From: an uncultured Chloroflexia bacterium
GTDB taxonomy: Bacteria > Chloroflexota > UBA6077 > JACCZL01
NCBI GenBank assembly: GCA_963765765.1
Contig: CAVXYC010000023.1
Location: 256,001-320,000, forward strand
Direction: 5' to 3'
DNA length: 64,000 nt
The notes beneath the pieces are model-generated. The model worked only from the letters and a program-made list of their open reading frames with translations. It did not search any database and was not told where the DNA came from. Numbering within the stretch: the first letter of the stretch is position 1; each line of letters starts with the position of its first letter. Below are positions 41,005 to 50,471 of this stretch, one piece after another. The position numbers and the translations under genes are program-made.

Positions 41005-41018
41005 AGAACATTAGTTCT
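41005..41018. promoter_or_regulatory. LexA (SOS) box
   Basis: AGAAC-ATTA-GTTCT, a perfect GAAC-N4-GTTC palindrome lying over the predicted transcription start. Confidence 0.8.
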
Positions 41019-41031
41019 GGATACACAACCC

Positions 41032-41496
41032 ATGGAAAATCGTGAAGCTGCGCGTCAAATCTTCGAAATCGCATCACTCCTTGAGACGCAGGGAGCCAAC
41101 CCGTACCGCGTTCGCGCGTACCGCCGGGCTGCCCTGGGTCTGCTGTACCTTCCGACCCGCGCCGATCAGCACACCACCGAAACCGGCGAGCTAGACCTCC
41201 CCTGGTTGGGCCCACGGTTACGCCGTAAGCTCGGTGAGCTAGTGAGCAAGGGCCACATGGAGTTCCACGACGATCTGGTGGCTCAGTTCCCGAAGCCGTT
41301 CTTGGAGCTCCTCACAATACCGGGCGTTGGTCCAAAGACCGCTACCCGGCTCATCGAAGACCTGGGGATTCGCAGCATTGCTGGCGTCGCCCGAGCGGCG
41401 CGCGCCCACAAGCTGCAGCAGGTGTACTGGATAGGCCCCGAGCGGGAGCGGCGACTTGGCCGAGCGGCCGAGTCGCTACTTCAGCGCGCCGCCTGA
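41032..41496 (+). CDS. Stand-alone PolX N-terminal (8-kDa lyase plus HhH) protein
   Basis: NREAARQIFEIASLLETQGANPYRVRAYRRAA, IPGVGPKTA, LGIRS; ends before any polymerase palm domain (154 aa). Confidence 0.85.
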   Translation: MENREAARQIFEIASLLETQGANPYRVRAYRRAALGLLYLPTRADQHTTETGELDLPWLGPRLRRKLGELVSKGHMEFHDDLVAQFPKPFLELLTIPGVGPKTATRLIEDLGIRSIAGVARAARAHKLQQVYWIGPERERRLGRAAESLLQRAA

Positions 41497-41538
41497 GCTC
41501 ATCACTCGCTGAACCGATCACAACGTCAGGGATCTCTT

Positions 41539-42850
41539 TTGACTCTCTCCTCTCCGACACTGGATCTCGACACGGTCGAGAACCCGACTAACGAGTCCGA
41601 ATTCATCCTTGACGCTCTCTCCGATCAGCCGAGCGATCTGATCGATCCGGACGTCCTGGACCGATTCGCATTGCCCTATTCGATTCAGCTCGAGGTCACG
41701 CCCAGGGTGTATCAGCGCGAGGCTTTACAGCGCTGGCTCGAAGCTCAGGGACGGGGAGTCGTGGTGCTTCCCACGGGCGCAGGGAAGACTGTTGTCGCGA
41801 TGATGGCCATGGAGCAAGCGCCCGTCCGGACGCTGGTGGTGGTTCCCACCATCGAGCTGCTGCAGCAGTGGCGCAAGACGTTGCAACAGCGGGCGGGCGT
41901 TCCTGCGGATGGCATCGGTGTCATCGGTGGAGGCGAGCGAACAACTGCCCCGGTGACTGTCATCACCTATGACTCGGCGGCTATGCCCCGTCGCGATTTA
42001 CATGGCTATGGGCTACTGGTGGTGGACGAGGTGCATCACCTCCCGGCGCCCACGTATCGGGCAATCGCGAAGAAAGTTGGAGCGCCGCTACGTCTCGGCC
42101 TGAGCGCCACTCCGGAACGACGGGACGGCTCTCATCATGACCTCGACCAGCTTATTGGTCCCGAGGTGTACCGCCGCTTACCCGCCGAGCTGGCGAAATC
42201 GGGCCATATCGCTAACTACGTCGAAAAGCGTGTCTTTGTCGATCTCACGGTTGAAGAGCGGATGCGCTATGACGCGCTCATGGCCGAGTTCCGCTGGTAT
42301 CTCGCCACGCGTCGGCAGCAGATTTATGGCGTCAATTTCTTTCAACAGCTCGTTCATCGAGCCGCCTTTGAGCCCGGCCGCCCGACGCGCCTTGCAAGCT
42401 CATCACCAGGCCCGCCTCCTGGCCCTCAATGCACAGGCCAAGGTCGATCAAGTTGCCCGCCTGCTGGAGAAGCACCGGCGAGAGCATGTGCTGATTTTCT
42501 CTGAGTACACCTCGATGGTTCAGGAGATTAGCCGCGGGCTGGCAATCCCCTCCATCACGTATCGTACCGATGTCACGGAGCGTCGCATGATCCTGGACCG
42601 CTTCCGTTCCGGACGGTACACGAAGCTTGTGACTGGTCGCGTCCTGAATGAGGGCGTAGACGTACCGGACGCTACCGTTGCCATCATCGTGAGCGGCAGC
42701 TCCGCGACGCGTGAGTATATCCAGCGTCTCGGCCGAGTGCTTCGTCCCAAGCCACGCTCGGCTCTGCTCTACGAGATCATCAGTCGACGCACTGTTGAGG
42801 GCCGCGCTGCACGATCACGACGACCAGCCGGGTCGGCGCTGGCTTCGTAA
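41539..42850 (+). CDS. XPB/Rad25-like superfamily 2 helicase, frameshift near 42375
   Basis: YQREAL, LPTGAGKT, DEVHH, LGLSATPER, LIFSEY, VLNEGVDVP, YIQRLGRVLR. Confidence 0.88.
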
Positions 42851-42863
42851 CGGTCCGCACACC

Positions 42864-44093
42864 ATGGCATTCCCGCTCTCGGACATTCGTTTAGCGATCC
42901 GTGGCCGCACCACCGACGATCCTACCGTGCACCCGCGACTCATCCGCGATCGATCCATCCTGCCCAAGATCGACATCGTCATCCAGCATTTCGAGTCGAT
43001 GCTGGGTCAGGAGCGCCGCGCGTTCGACCCGGAGGTTCTCGTGCATTTTCTGGGTGACCATAAGATGGCTCGCTCCATCGTCACATGCCTGGGTCGGTCA
43101 TACACCTTCCACACGCCGACGCTCGCGGAAGAGCTCGAGCCCATGGAGCTGGAGCGGTTAAACGTCCGTCGACTCGGCAGTTCTATTGCCCTTCGTCTTC
43201 ACCTTTTCGACTTCGCAAATGATTTTGGTCACGGCTTCCTTCACCCGGCAGAGCGTCAAAGCGAGATTGGTCTGCTGGCTGAGGACCTGGACCTCTCTGT
43301 GGCAACGCTCGAGCGGCTAATGGTACTCGACGCTCCTGAGCGAGCCGTGCTCCAGCGTCGCGGTCCAGTGCCTCGTCCTGAGGATATTTCCGCGCAGTTC
43401 AACACGATGACCATCTTGAGTCTCATCCGCCATAGCGCCGAGGCACGCCTCCTTATCCACGACGGCGATCCGGATGTTTTGGAATGCCTCCAACGATTAA
43501 GCCAATCGAACGACGTTGAATTACGCTGTTCTATGGTCAGCAGCGGCATTCGCGTCACTCTCGTGGGTCGCCAGGATGCTCTCGGTAATTGGGGTCGTCA
43601 TGGTCACCGCCTCGCGCGCACTCTCCTGCAGATTCTTCAGCGGGGACAACAGCAGGTCTCGGAGGTCGAAGCGGATCTGGTTCTCAAGCAACGGCGTGGC
43701 ACGCTGCGTCTCAATAAAGAGCTCGAGCCCATGCTCCGTGGTCCTGGATCCAGGGACGTGGCGTGGCGGGATGATCTCGAGGTATCGGCTGCTGCTCTAC
43801 GAGACCTTATCCATGCCCCGGATAGCTCAGTGGAGAGGTGCGTCATCCGCCGCTGGCCGGATCCTCAGGCCTGGCAAGCCGGTGTGCTGGTGCCCGACGC
43901 CGAGATCATCATGCGATCGGAGCGTCGTCTAGTCACCGTGGTTCGGAATGCTTCCCAGGCGGAGCATATTCGAAGGCTTGCTCCTCGCGTTGTCATGGGA
44001 CCTCGGCTGTTGCTTATTGGATCCGCCCAGACGGTTGAGCAACTCAGAGATATTGAAGAACCCAACCGAGTTGAGGTCATCGTGGCGGCATGA
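42864..44093 (+). CDS. DUF790 (Bax1-like) protein, divergent
   Basis: Follows the XPB-like gene. MAFPLSDI start, LMVLDAPERAVL, GRQDALGNWGRHG.RLAR and PDP...GVLVPD resemble DUF790 features. Confidence 0.6.
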   Translation: MAFPLSDIRLAIRGRTTDDPTVHPRLIRDRSILPKIDIVIQHFESMLGQERRAFDPEVLVHFLGDHKMARSIVTCLGRSYTFHTPTLAEELEPMELERLNVRRLGSSIALRLHLFDFANDFGHGFLHPAERQSEIGLLAEDLDLSVATLERLMVLDAPERAVLQRRGPVPRPEDISAQFNTMTILSLIRHSAEARLLIHDGDPDVLECLQRLSQSNDVELRCSMVSSGIRVTLVGRQDALGNWGRHGHRLARTLLQILQRGQQQVSEVEADLVLKQRRGTLRLNKELEPMLRGPGSRDVAWRDDLEVSAAALRDLIHAPDSSVERCVIRRWPDPQAWQAGVLVPDAEIIMRSERRLVTVVRNASQAEHIRRLAPRVVMGPRLLLIGSAQTVEQLRDIEEPNRVEVIVAA

Positions 44094-44795
44094 CGTTACT
44101 ACATAGGCCCGAAACGCTTTAGTCAGAACGCGTCGGCCTTCAACGGCGGAATCTCGCTCTGCCTGGCCGGCGTCGGCGTGCTCGAGGTACAGCTCGTTCT
44201 TGCGGATGTACGACTCCACCGTAGGCGGCACAAGGTATCGAATCGGCTGATGCCTTGTTACGCGTCCTCGAAGCTCGGTCGACGATATATCTACGCCCGG
44301 GGTTCTCAGAATCACCACGCGGTCACGTGCGCCAGGCACCTCCCGATCCAGATCATCGAGATCTACCGGCGGATAGTTCGGACGGCTAAACGCAACCAAT
44401 CGGCATTGCTTGAGAATCGCGGTCGGCTCACGCCAGCTCGCAAGATCTCGAAGTGAGTCCATCCCTATTAGGAACACTATTTCCGTACCCGTGCCAACCT
44501 CTTTCCGCAGCCGCGGAATGAGCTGCACGGTATAAGACGGTCCGCGTCGATCCAGATCAGCACGGGACAGGCGGAACAGCGGGTTGCCTTCGATGGCCAG
44601 CTCCGTCATGTGCACCCGATCCTCAGTGGAGCTGACCGGCTCGCCGAGCTTATGCGGGGGCCGTCCTGTCGGCACGAACAGCACGTGATCCAGCCCGAGA
44701 AGCGCACACGCCTCCTGGGCTCCTACGAGGTGGCCGTAGTGCGGAGGGTCGAATGTTCCGCCGATGGCTCCGACCACCCTCGGCGCTACGTCCAC
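43929..44795 (-). CDS. nadD: Nicotinate-nucleotide adenylyltransferase
   Basis: GGTFDPPHYGH, PPHK, PSYT, FLIGMD, ISSTELR; the C-terminal extension overlapping DUF790 is doubtful. Confidence 0.93.
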   Translation of the reverse strand: MDVAPRVVGAIGGTFDPPHYGHLVGAQEACALLGLDHVLFVPTGRPPHKLGEPVSSTEDRVHMTELAIEGNPLFRLSRADLDRRGPSYTVQLIPRLRKEVGTGTEIVFLIGMDSLRDLASWREPTAILKQCRLVAFSRPNYPPVDLDDLDREVPGARDRVVILRTPGVDISSTELRGRVTRHQPIRYLVPPTVESYIRKNELYLEHADAGQAERDSAVEGRRVLTKAFRAYVVTSCRHDDLNSVGFFNISELLNRLGGSNKQQPRSHDNARSKPSNMLRLGSIPNHGD

Positions 44796-46048
44796 TCCAT
44801 CTCCTCGTTCCCGATCCGAACCGTGTCGCCAGCGCCCACACCCGCTCGTTCCAGTGCCTGGATGATGCCCATGCGACCGAGCTGTCGTTCGAAATGCTCA
44901 ACGGCTTCCGGGTTGTCCATGTCCGTCATCGCAGCGAGTCGCTCTATCCGCTTCCCTACGATTCGCGCTCCGTCCGCTTCCTTCACCACGGTCCATCGCT
45001 CTTCCTCCGGCGCGAATCGATAGACCTTCATGGTGTCCGCGGCCATCGGCCGCTCATCCGGAACCGCGGCCACCATCTCCGAAAGCCTGGCGACCATCTC
45101 GTCGATTCCATCTCGAGTCTCTGCCGACACGCCCACAACAGGAAGACCGCGTTGCAAGAATTCGGTTCGCACCTGATCCCACGCTTCCGCTGCCGCTGGA
45201 AGATCCAGCTTGTTCACAGCGATGAGCACGGGCTTATCGAGTAGCTCCGTCTTGTACTGGCTCATTTCGGATCGCACGCGATCGAAACTTTCCACGGGAT
45301 CTGTTGATCCATCCACCACGTGAAGGAGCACCCTGGCCCGTTCGACGTGCCTGAGAAAGACGAGACCAAGGCCGGCGCCTTCGTGGGCTCCTTCGATGAG
45401 GCCCGGTATATCGGCCAATACGATGGGCTCTTCATCCACCTCCGCTACTCCGAGATTTGGAGAGAGCGTTGTGAACGGGTATGCGCCTATCTTAGGTGTT
45501 GCCGCGGATACCGCCGCGAGGAGGCTCGACTTACCGGCGTTTGGCTCACCAACGATACCCACGTCGGCCAGCGTCTTCAGCTCGAGCGTGATCCAGCGCT
45601 CCTCACCGGGCTCACCCTTCTGCGCGATGCGCGGGGCACGATTCGTTGGCGATTTGAAGTGTGTATTGCCCAGCCCGCCTCGACCGCCGCGCGCCACCAT
45701 CACTTCCTCAAAAGGGAACCGCAGGTCTGCTACCAGTGAGCTATCAGCTTCGTCCGTGATGACCGTTCCAAGGGGGACGTCGATGATGATGTCCTCACCC
45801 TTGCGACCATGCTTCTTCCGATGAGCTCCGTTCCCGCCGTTCTCAGCCCGAATGTGACTACGATGTTGAAGGTCCATTAATGTGCCCACACTTGGCACGG
45901 CGCGCAGGAAGATGCTCCCACCACGACCGCCATCGCCTCCGTCCGGTCCACCGCGAGGCACGAATTTCTCGCGCCGGAAACTCGTGGAGCCATTGCCTCC
46001 GTTTCCGGCCTTCACAAATAAACGAGCTTCATCGATGAGCGTTGGCAA
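44786..46048 (-). CDS. obgE: GTPase ObgE/CgtA
   Basis: Gly-rich Obg domain (FRREKFVPRGGPDGGDGGRGG), GEPNAGKSS, YPFTT, DIPG, NKLD, C-terminal DUF1967-like domain. Confidence 0.96.
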   Translation of the reverse strand: MPTLIDEARLFVKAGNGGNGSTSFRREKFVPRGGPDGGDGGRGGSIFLRAVPSVGTLMDLQHRSHIRAENGGNGAHRKKHGRKGEDIIIDVPLGTVITDEADSSLVADLRFPFEEVMVARGGRGGLGNTHFKSPTNRAPRIAQKGEPGEERWITLELKTLADVGIVGEPNAGKSSLLAAVSAATPKIGAYPFTTLSPNLGVAEVDEEPIVLADIPGLIEGAHEGAGLGLVFLRHVERARVLLHVVDGSTDPVESFDRVRSEMSQYKTELLDKPVLIAVNKLDLPAAAEAWDQVRTEFLQRGLPVVGVSAETRDGIDEMVARLSEMVAAVPDERPMAADTMKVYRFAPEEERWTVVKEADGARIVGKRIERLAAMTDMDNPEAVEHFERQLGRMGIIQALERAGVGAGDTVRIGNEEMEWT

Positions 46049-46099
46049 TCAGCCTTCCTCTTTTCCCGTTCGGCATCTGTACTTTGTTGTTGCGTGCAT

Positions 46100-46380
46100 T
46101 CAGTATTCCACAACACATCACCTTTTCTTATTGGAGGTGCCGTAGCCGTAGTAGTAGTGAGGGTATTACGGGGATACAGGGGATTGGTTCGAGGATCAGG
46201 CCAAGTTTTCTGGGGATACGTTCGCGAATAACTGTTGAGGTGTTTGGAATAGTTGGGCAGCGGGCTGTGGGCGGGTTCCGGAGAGTGCATAAGTGCTGAG
46301 GGCGAGGGCAGATATGCCCGTCCAAATTCAAGAGTTATCCCCGCTGAAGATCGATATATCCACAGAGGACTGGGATAACT
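46100..46380. other. Putative replication origin (oriC)
   Basis: Intergenic region downstream of dnaA. DnaA-box-like 9-mers at 46104, 46169, 46178, 46211, 46284, 46335, 46356 and 46370, and a TAG-repeat (DnaA-trio-like) run at about 46148-46160. Confidence 0.65.
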
Positions 46381-46433
46381 GGGCCTGCGAATCACGCACG
46401 CGGCCGCCATAAACACCGACATCTCCCCCAATT

Positions 46434-46508
46434 CCGTTCGCCTTGTCATCCTAGAGCCCGGAAGGGAAGGATCCTTCGCCTCCGGGCTCAGGATGACAAG
46501 GCGAACGG
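46434..46508. repeat. Long palindrome (GTCATCCTGAG-type repeat)
   Basis: CCGTTCGCCTTGTCATCCT(A)GAGCCCGGA ... TCCGGGCTCAGGATGACAAGGCGAACGG. Confidence 0.8.
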
Positions 46509-46567
46509 GTGGCGCACCGGGTAATCAATGGCGGTGGCGTCTTCAATCAGAGTCGAGACCGGAGGTT

Positions 46568-46717
46568 TAGCCCGGATTATTCACCGGAGTTCGGGGCAGG
46601 CGAACTTGTTGAAACTGCTCCTTGCGGCAACCCGCAACACAACGCAACAGCGGCGCAGGAAGCTGCTCCGAGCCCCTATTGCGAGTTGGTCTCATTACCG
46701 GTGAATAATCCGGGCTA
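46568..46717. mobile_element. MITE-like element (150 bp) with 20-bp perfect terminal inverted repeats
   Basis: TAGCCCGGATTATTCACCGG (46568-87) and CCGGTGAATAATCCGGGCTA (46698-717); no transposase inside. Confidence 0.7.
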
Positions 46718-46775
46718 GTCCTATCCGGCCGGCAGCATGACGCCTACCGCATCCATACCGATCGCGAAACTGGAC

Positions 46776-48107
46776 TTAGGAGAACAGCGAGCGGACGGAC
46801 TGGAGATCCACCGAGGTTTCGGGGAGCAGATCGAGGTCATGGCGGACCTTCTCGCAACCGTGCCTTACAGTCGTGTGATCGCGACCGCCCAGGATGGCCC
46901 CAATTTCTGGGAGCGAGAGGCGCGCCTCTTCGCGCAGGAGGTACATCGCGAGGTGGCGAGGGACGACGTGCTTTTTGTCACGCGCTTTTCCCTGAAGGGC
47001 GGTCAGTGGCAGTTTGAAATGCTCGCAAACGGCCTGGAGAATCGTGTCCGCGGTAATGGGTTGTCGCTGCTGATCGGGAAGAAGGCGTTCTATTGCGTCG
47101 AGGGCGAGTGCAGGGGTAAGCGGCGCACCAAGAAGCTGTGCATGGATTAGTGCCCGGTTGAGCGCGCCTTCGAGCTGGCGGATGTTGTTTGGGGCTTTGC
47201 GCGCCAGGACTTCGAGGACGTCGTTGGACACGTCGCCCGCGCGGTTATTGAGCTTGGATCTCAAGATCGCGATGCGGGTCTCCAGGTCCGGTGGCTGGAT
47301 GTCCGCAATAAGGCCCCATTCGAATCGCGATCGCAAACGGGCTTCCAGCGGAGATATAGCTTTCGGAGCCCGGTCACTGGAGAGGACGATCTGTCCGCCG
47401 GCAGCGTGGATGTCATTGAATGTATGGAAGAACTCTTCCTGGGTTCGCTCGCGCGTGGCTAGAAACTGGATGTCGTCGATCAGGAGTATCTGAAGCTGGC
47501 GATACTTGTGCCGAAATTCTTCGGTACGACTCTCACGGATGGCCTCGATAAGGTCGTTGGTGAACTTCTCAGAGGAGACGTACAGCGCCGAGTGGCCTCC
47601 ACGGTTCACGGCGGCTTCAATGGCCTTGAGAAGATGCGTTTTACCCAGTCCCACTCCTCCATAGATGAAGAGAGGGTTGTAATCCTGGCCCGGTCTATCG
47701 CTGACAGCCCTGGCAGCAGCATGGGCTAGGCGATTGGCCTCGCCGACCACGAACGTGTCAAAGGTGTACGCGGGGCCCGTGTGGAGGGCCGGTGCTCGGG
47801 CGGCCCGCTCATGCACGACCTCTGGCTTGCCGAGCATCATGCCAGTAGGCTCCATGCCTGCGCGGCCCACGACGACCAGGACATCCGGAGTGTCCCCGAG
47901 GACATTGCCAAGCGCCTTACGCAGCAGACCTTCAAAACGCGTCTGAAGAGCTTCTCGAATAAAGGGATTCGGTGCGGAGATGGTGAACTGGCGGCCGTCA
48001 AACGAGACCGCTTGAGCATCTCGTAGGAACGTTTCGTAGTTGCCCGTGTTCACGAGAAGCTGGAGCTGCCCGAGCGCTGCCTGCCATATGGATTTAGCTT
48101 CGGGCAT
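46776..48107 (-). CDS. dnaA: Chromosomal replication initiator DnaA
   Basis: YTFDTFVVG, YNPLFIYGGVGLGKTHL, LLIDDIQF, RLRSRFEWG, GGRDHTTV; ATG 48107 with AGGAG RBS. Confidence 0.97.
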   Translation of the reverse strand: MPEAKSIWQAALGQLQLLVNTGNYETFLRDAQAVSFDGRQFTISAPNPFIREALQTRFEGLLRKALGNVLGDTPDVLVVVGRAGMEPTGMMLGKPEVVHERAARAPALHTGPAYTFDTFVVGEANRLAHAAARAVSDRPGQDYNPLFIYGGVGLGKTHLLKAIEAAVNRGGHSALYVSSEKFTNDLIEAIRESRTEEFRHKYRQLQILLIDDIQFLATRERTQEEFFHTFNDIHAAGGQIVLSSDRAPKAISPLEARLRSRFEWGLIADIQPPDLETRIAILRSKLNNRAGDVSNDVLEVLARKAPNNIRQLEGALNRALIHAQLLGAPLTPALALDAIERLLPDQQRQPITADTILQAVCEHFKLPLTALQGKARDKKHVVPRHLAMYLLREEARLSLPEIGAILGGRDHTTVRHGCEKVRHDLDLLPETSVDLQSVRSLFS

Positions 48108-48332
48108 CCTATCTCCTGCACCGCACTCCGCGGGGCGAGTCCAGCATAGCAAGCCGCCTGATAGTTTCCGACAAGCGCCGCTGACAAACTGTCGGAGTCG
48201 AATTCCTTCCGTGTGCTCATTCCGTGTCGTTATGAGCAGGAACTGATTTGGATTTCGGTATGTCCGCTGCTATACGGACATGATTTTGCTCATGAATGGC
48301 TCCAGGCGCCTGGTCCCACGGCGCGATCAAGA

Positions 48333-48380
48333 GCACAAGATGTAGGTACCTAGGCAATTCTGCAGCCCAAGATATTGCGG
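48333..48380. promoter_or_regulatory. Tandem NrdR-box-like sites upstream of dnaA
   Basis: gcaCAAGATGTAGgta (48333-48348) and gccCAAGATATTGcgg (48365-48380), 32 bp apart, both matching the CwAnATnTwG core. Confidence 0.6.
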
Positions 48381-48795
48381 AGGTCGTTCTGTCGTATTAG
48401 CACTATGCATTGGCCTGAAAGAACAGTCAGAGTGGTTGACATTGACTAGAAAGAGAAGAGGAGTTTCCCTCTAAAGCAGAGTCTGGACAGCCAGAAAACG
48501 CCCCGTGAGAATAATGGGCACACTCGCGTCAAGGCCTTCATGTCTTCGGCTGCATGACGCTTCAAAGGATTCAATACTGCCTTAGAGAAAAGTAGTTTCC
48601 AAGGCGCGCGGCAGGTTTTGTTAGACTTCTTCTGTTTAGTCCACCGTTCTCGTTTTGTCGCGATTCCCGAGTACGCCTTCGGCGCGGCGGCGCGGCTGTG
48701 AATTGCGAAGGAACACCCTGCGAGGGAACACCCCGCGTGCAAGGATGTCTGATCTCCAGGCACCGTGAGAGTTGGATGGCATGAAGGAGCAACAC

Positions 48796-49704
48796 ATGAC
48801 CGGTAACGGCACGAACGGCTTGGCGCAAACCGGAACCTGGACTGTGAAGTCGGGCCTCGCACAGATGCTGAAAGGCGGAGTCATCATGGACGTGGTGACT
48901 CCCGACCAGGCAAAGGTCGCGGAGGACGCCGGGGCCTGCGCCGTCATGGCTTTGGAGCGTGTGCCCTCGGACATTCGCGCCTCTGGCGGTGTGTCGCGGA
49001 TGAGCGATCCCGAGATGATCGTGGGGATCATGGAAGCGGTCACGATTCCGGTGATGGCCAAATGCCGGATCGGGCACTTCGTGGAGGCTCAGGTCCTGCA
49101 GGCGTTGGGTGTGGATTATATCGACGAGTCAGAAGTGCTTACGCCGGCTGACGAGGAGAACCACGTCTACAAGCAAGATTTCACGATCCCGTTCGTGTGC
49201 GGTGCGCGCAACCTTGGCGAAGCGCTGCGACGCATCGGTGAAGGCGCCGCCATGATTCGCTCCAAGGGAGAGGCCGGCACCGGCAACATCGTGGAAGCAG
49301 TGCGACATCTCCGCACAATAACGGGCGAGATCAAGCGAATCTCGGTGATGGGTGACGAAGAGCTCATGAGTCGGGCGCGTGATCTCGGCGCACCGTATGA
49401 GCTGCTGCGTACGGTGGCGAAGGACGAGAAGCTACCGGTGGTGTTGTTCTGTGCTGGTGGCGTCGCGACTCCGTCTGATGCTGCTCTGGTGATGCAGCTG
49501 GGTGCCGAGGGTGTCTTCGTTGGCTCCGGGATTTTCAAGAGCGACAACCCGTCACGAACAGCCGCGGCCATCGTGAAGGCGACGACGAACTATCAGGACC
49601 CGGCGATTATCGCAGAGGTATCCAAGGGTCTTGGCGAGCCCATGCGCGGAATCGACTTGCGAACCATCCCTGAACAGGAGTTGATGGCGCCGCGCGGATG
49701 GTAA
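48796..49704 (+). CDS. pdxS: Pyridoxal 5'-phosphate synthase lyase subunit
   Basis: [45 protein letters not shown]. Confidence 0.97.
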   Translation: MTGNGTNGLAQTGTWTVKSGLAQMLKGGVIMDVVTPDQAKVAEDAGACAVMALERVPSDIRASGGVSRMSDPEMIVGIMEAVTIPVMAKCRIGHFVEAQVLQALGVDYIDESEVLTPADEENHVYKQDFTIPFVCGARNLGEALRRIGEGAAMIRSKGEAGTGNIVEAVRHLRTITGEIKRISVMGDEELMSRARDLGAPYELLRTVAKDEKLPVVLFCAGGVATPSDAALVMQLGAEGVFVGSGIFKSDNPSRTAAAIVKATTNYQDPAIIAEVSKGLGEPMRGIDLRTIPEQELMAPRGW

Positions 49705-50300
49705 CGATCGGTGTACTCGCTCTTCAGGGCGATTTCGCTGAACACAAGGCGATTCTCGAGAAGCTTGGCGCTACTGCGGTGGAAGTACGCACCGCGGATC
49801 AGCTTCGTGGTCTTGACGGGCTGATTTTGCCCGGGGGCGAGAGCAGCACTGTTGGAAAGCTGCTCGAGACCTTTGGGTTGCTACAACCGATTCGGGATCT
49901 CGTTGAGAACGGACTTCCGACTCTGGCCACGTGCGCCGGTTTGGTTCTTCTTGCCCGAAATGCAACGGAGAAGCGCGGTCCTCTCATTGGAACGATGGAC
50001 GTTCAGGTGGCGCGCAATGCGTTTGGCCGGCAGCGGGACAGCTTTGAGGTCGATCTGCATGTACCGACGCTGGGAGACCTACCGGTCCATGCGGTATTCA
50101 TTCGAGCTCCCGCCATCACGGGCTACGGTGCGGACGTCGAGGTACTGGCTCGAACTGATGATGGGACCATCGTTGCCGCGCGCGAAGGAAATCAGGTGGC
50201 CGCGGCCTTCCATCCTGAAATATCGGGCGAGTCTCGCTTTCACGAGTTGCTTCTGGACCTGGTGCACGAGCGGGAAGCAGAAGCCAGCCAGCGGACGTAG
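49698..50300 (+). CDS. pdxT: Pyridoxal 5'-phosphate synthase glutaminase subunit
   Basis: [30 protein letters not shown]. Confidence 0.96.
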   Translation: MVTIGVLALQGDFAEHKAILEKLGATAVEVRTADQLRGLDGLILPGGESSTVGKLLETFGLLQPIRDLVENGLPTLATCAGLVLLARNATEKRGPLIGTMDVQVARNAFGRQRDSFEVDLHVPTLGDLPVHAVFIRAPAITGYGADVEVLARTDDGTIVAAREGNQVAAAFHPEISGESRFHELLLDLVHEREAEASQRT

Positions 50301-50471
50301 CGAGCAACTCATTCGGGTTAGAAGTCGGGCGGCACGCGCCACGGACTGCTGACATCCTGTCGGCGCGGCCCCTACGTCCGCGATCGGATAGCTAGGGCGC
50401 CGGGTTCAGGGGAGTCGGCTGGCGGCATTAAAGTCCGGTCAGACAGGGGATCGGCGGGCCCCAGGTTGTCT

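Noticed and set aside
43929-44093. Functional antisense overlap between nadD and the DUF790-like gene
   Set aside because: The NadD domain ends near 44190 and the tail looks like read-through from a lost stop codon.
46012-46718. Short ORFs between obgE and dnaA
   Set aside because: No recognisable motifs; they run across DnaA boxes, a palindrome and a MITE.
48400-48780. Possible riboswitch or ncRNA upstream of pdxS
   Set aside because: The region is a long intergenic stretch, but no recognisable aptamer consensus was found; it would need an Rfam search.
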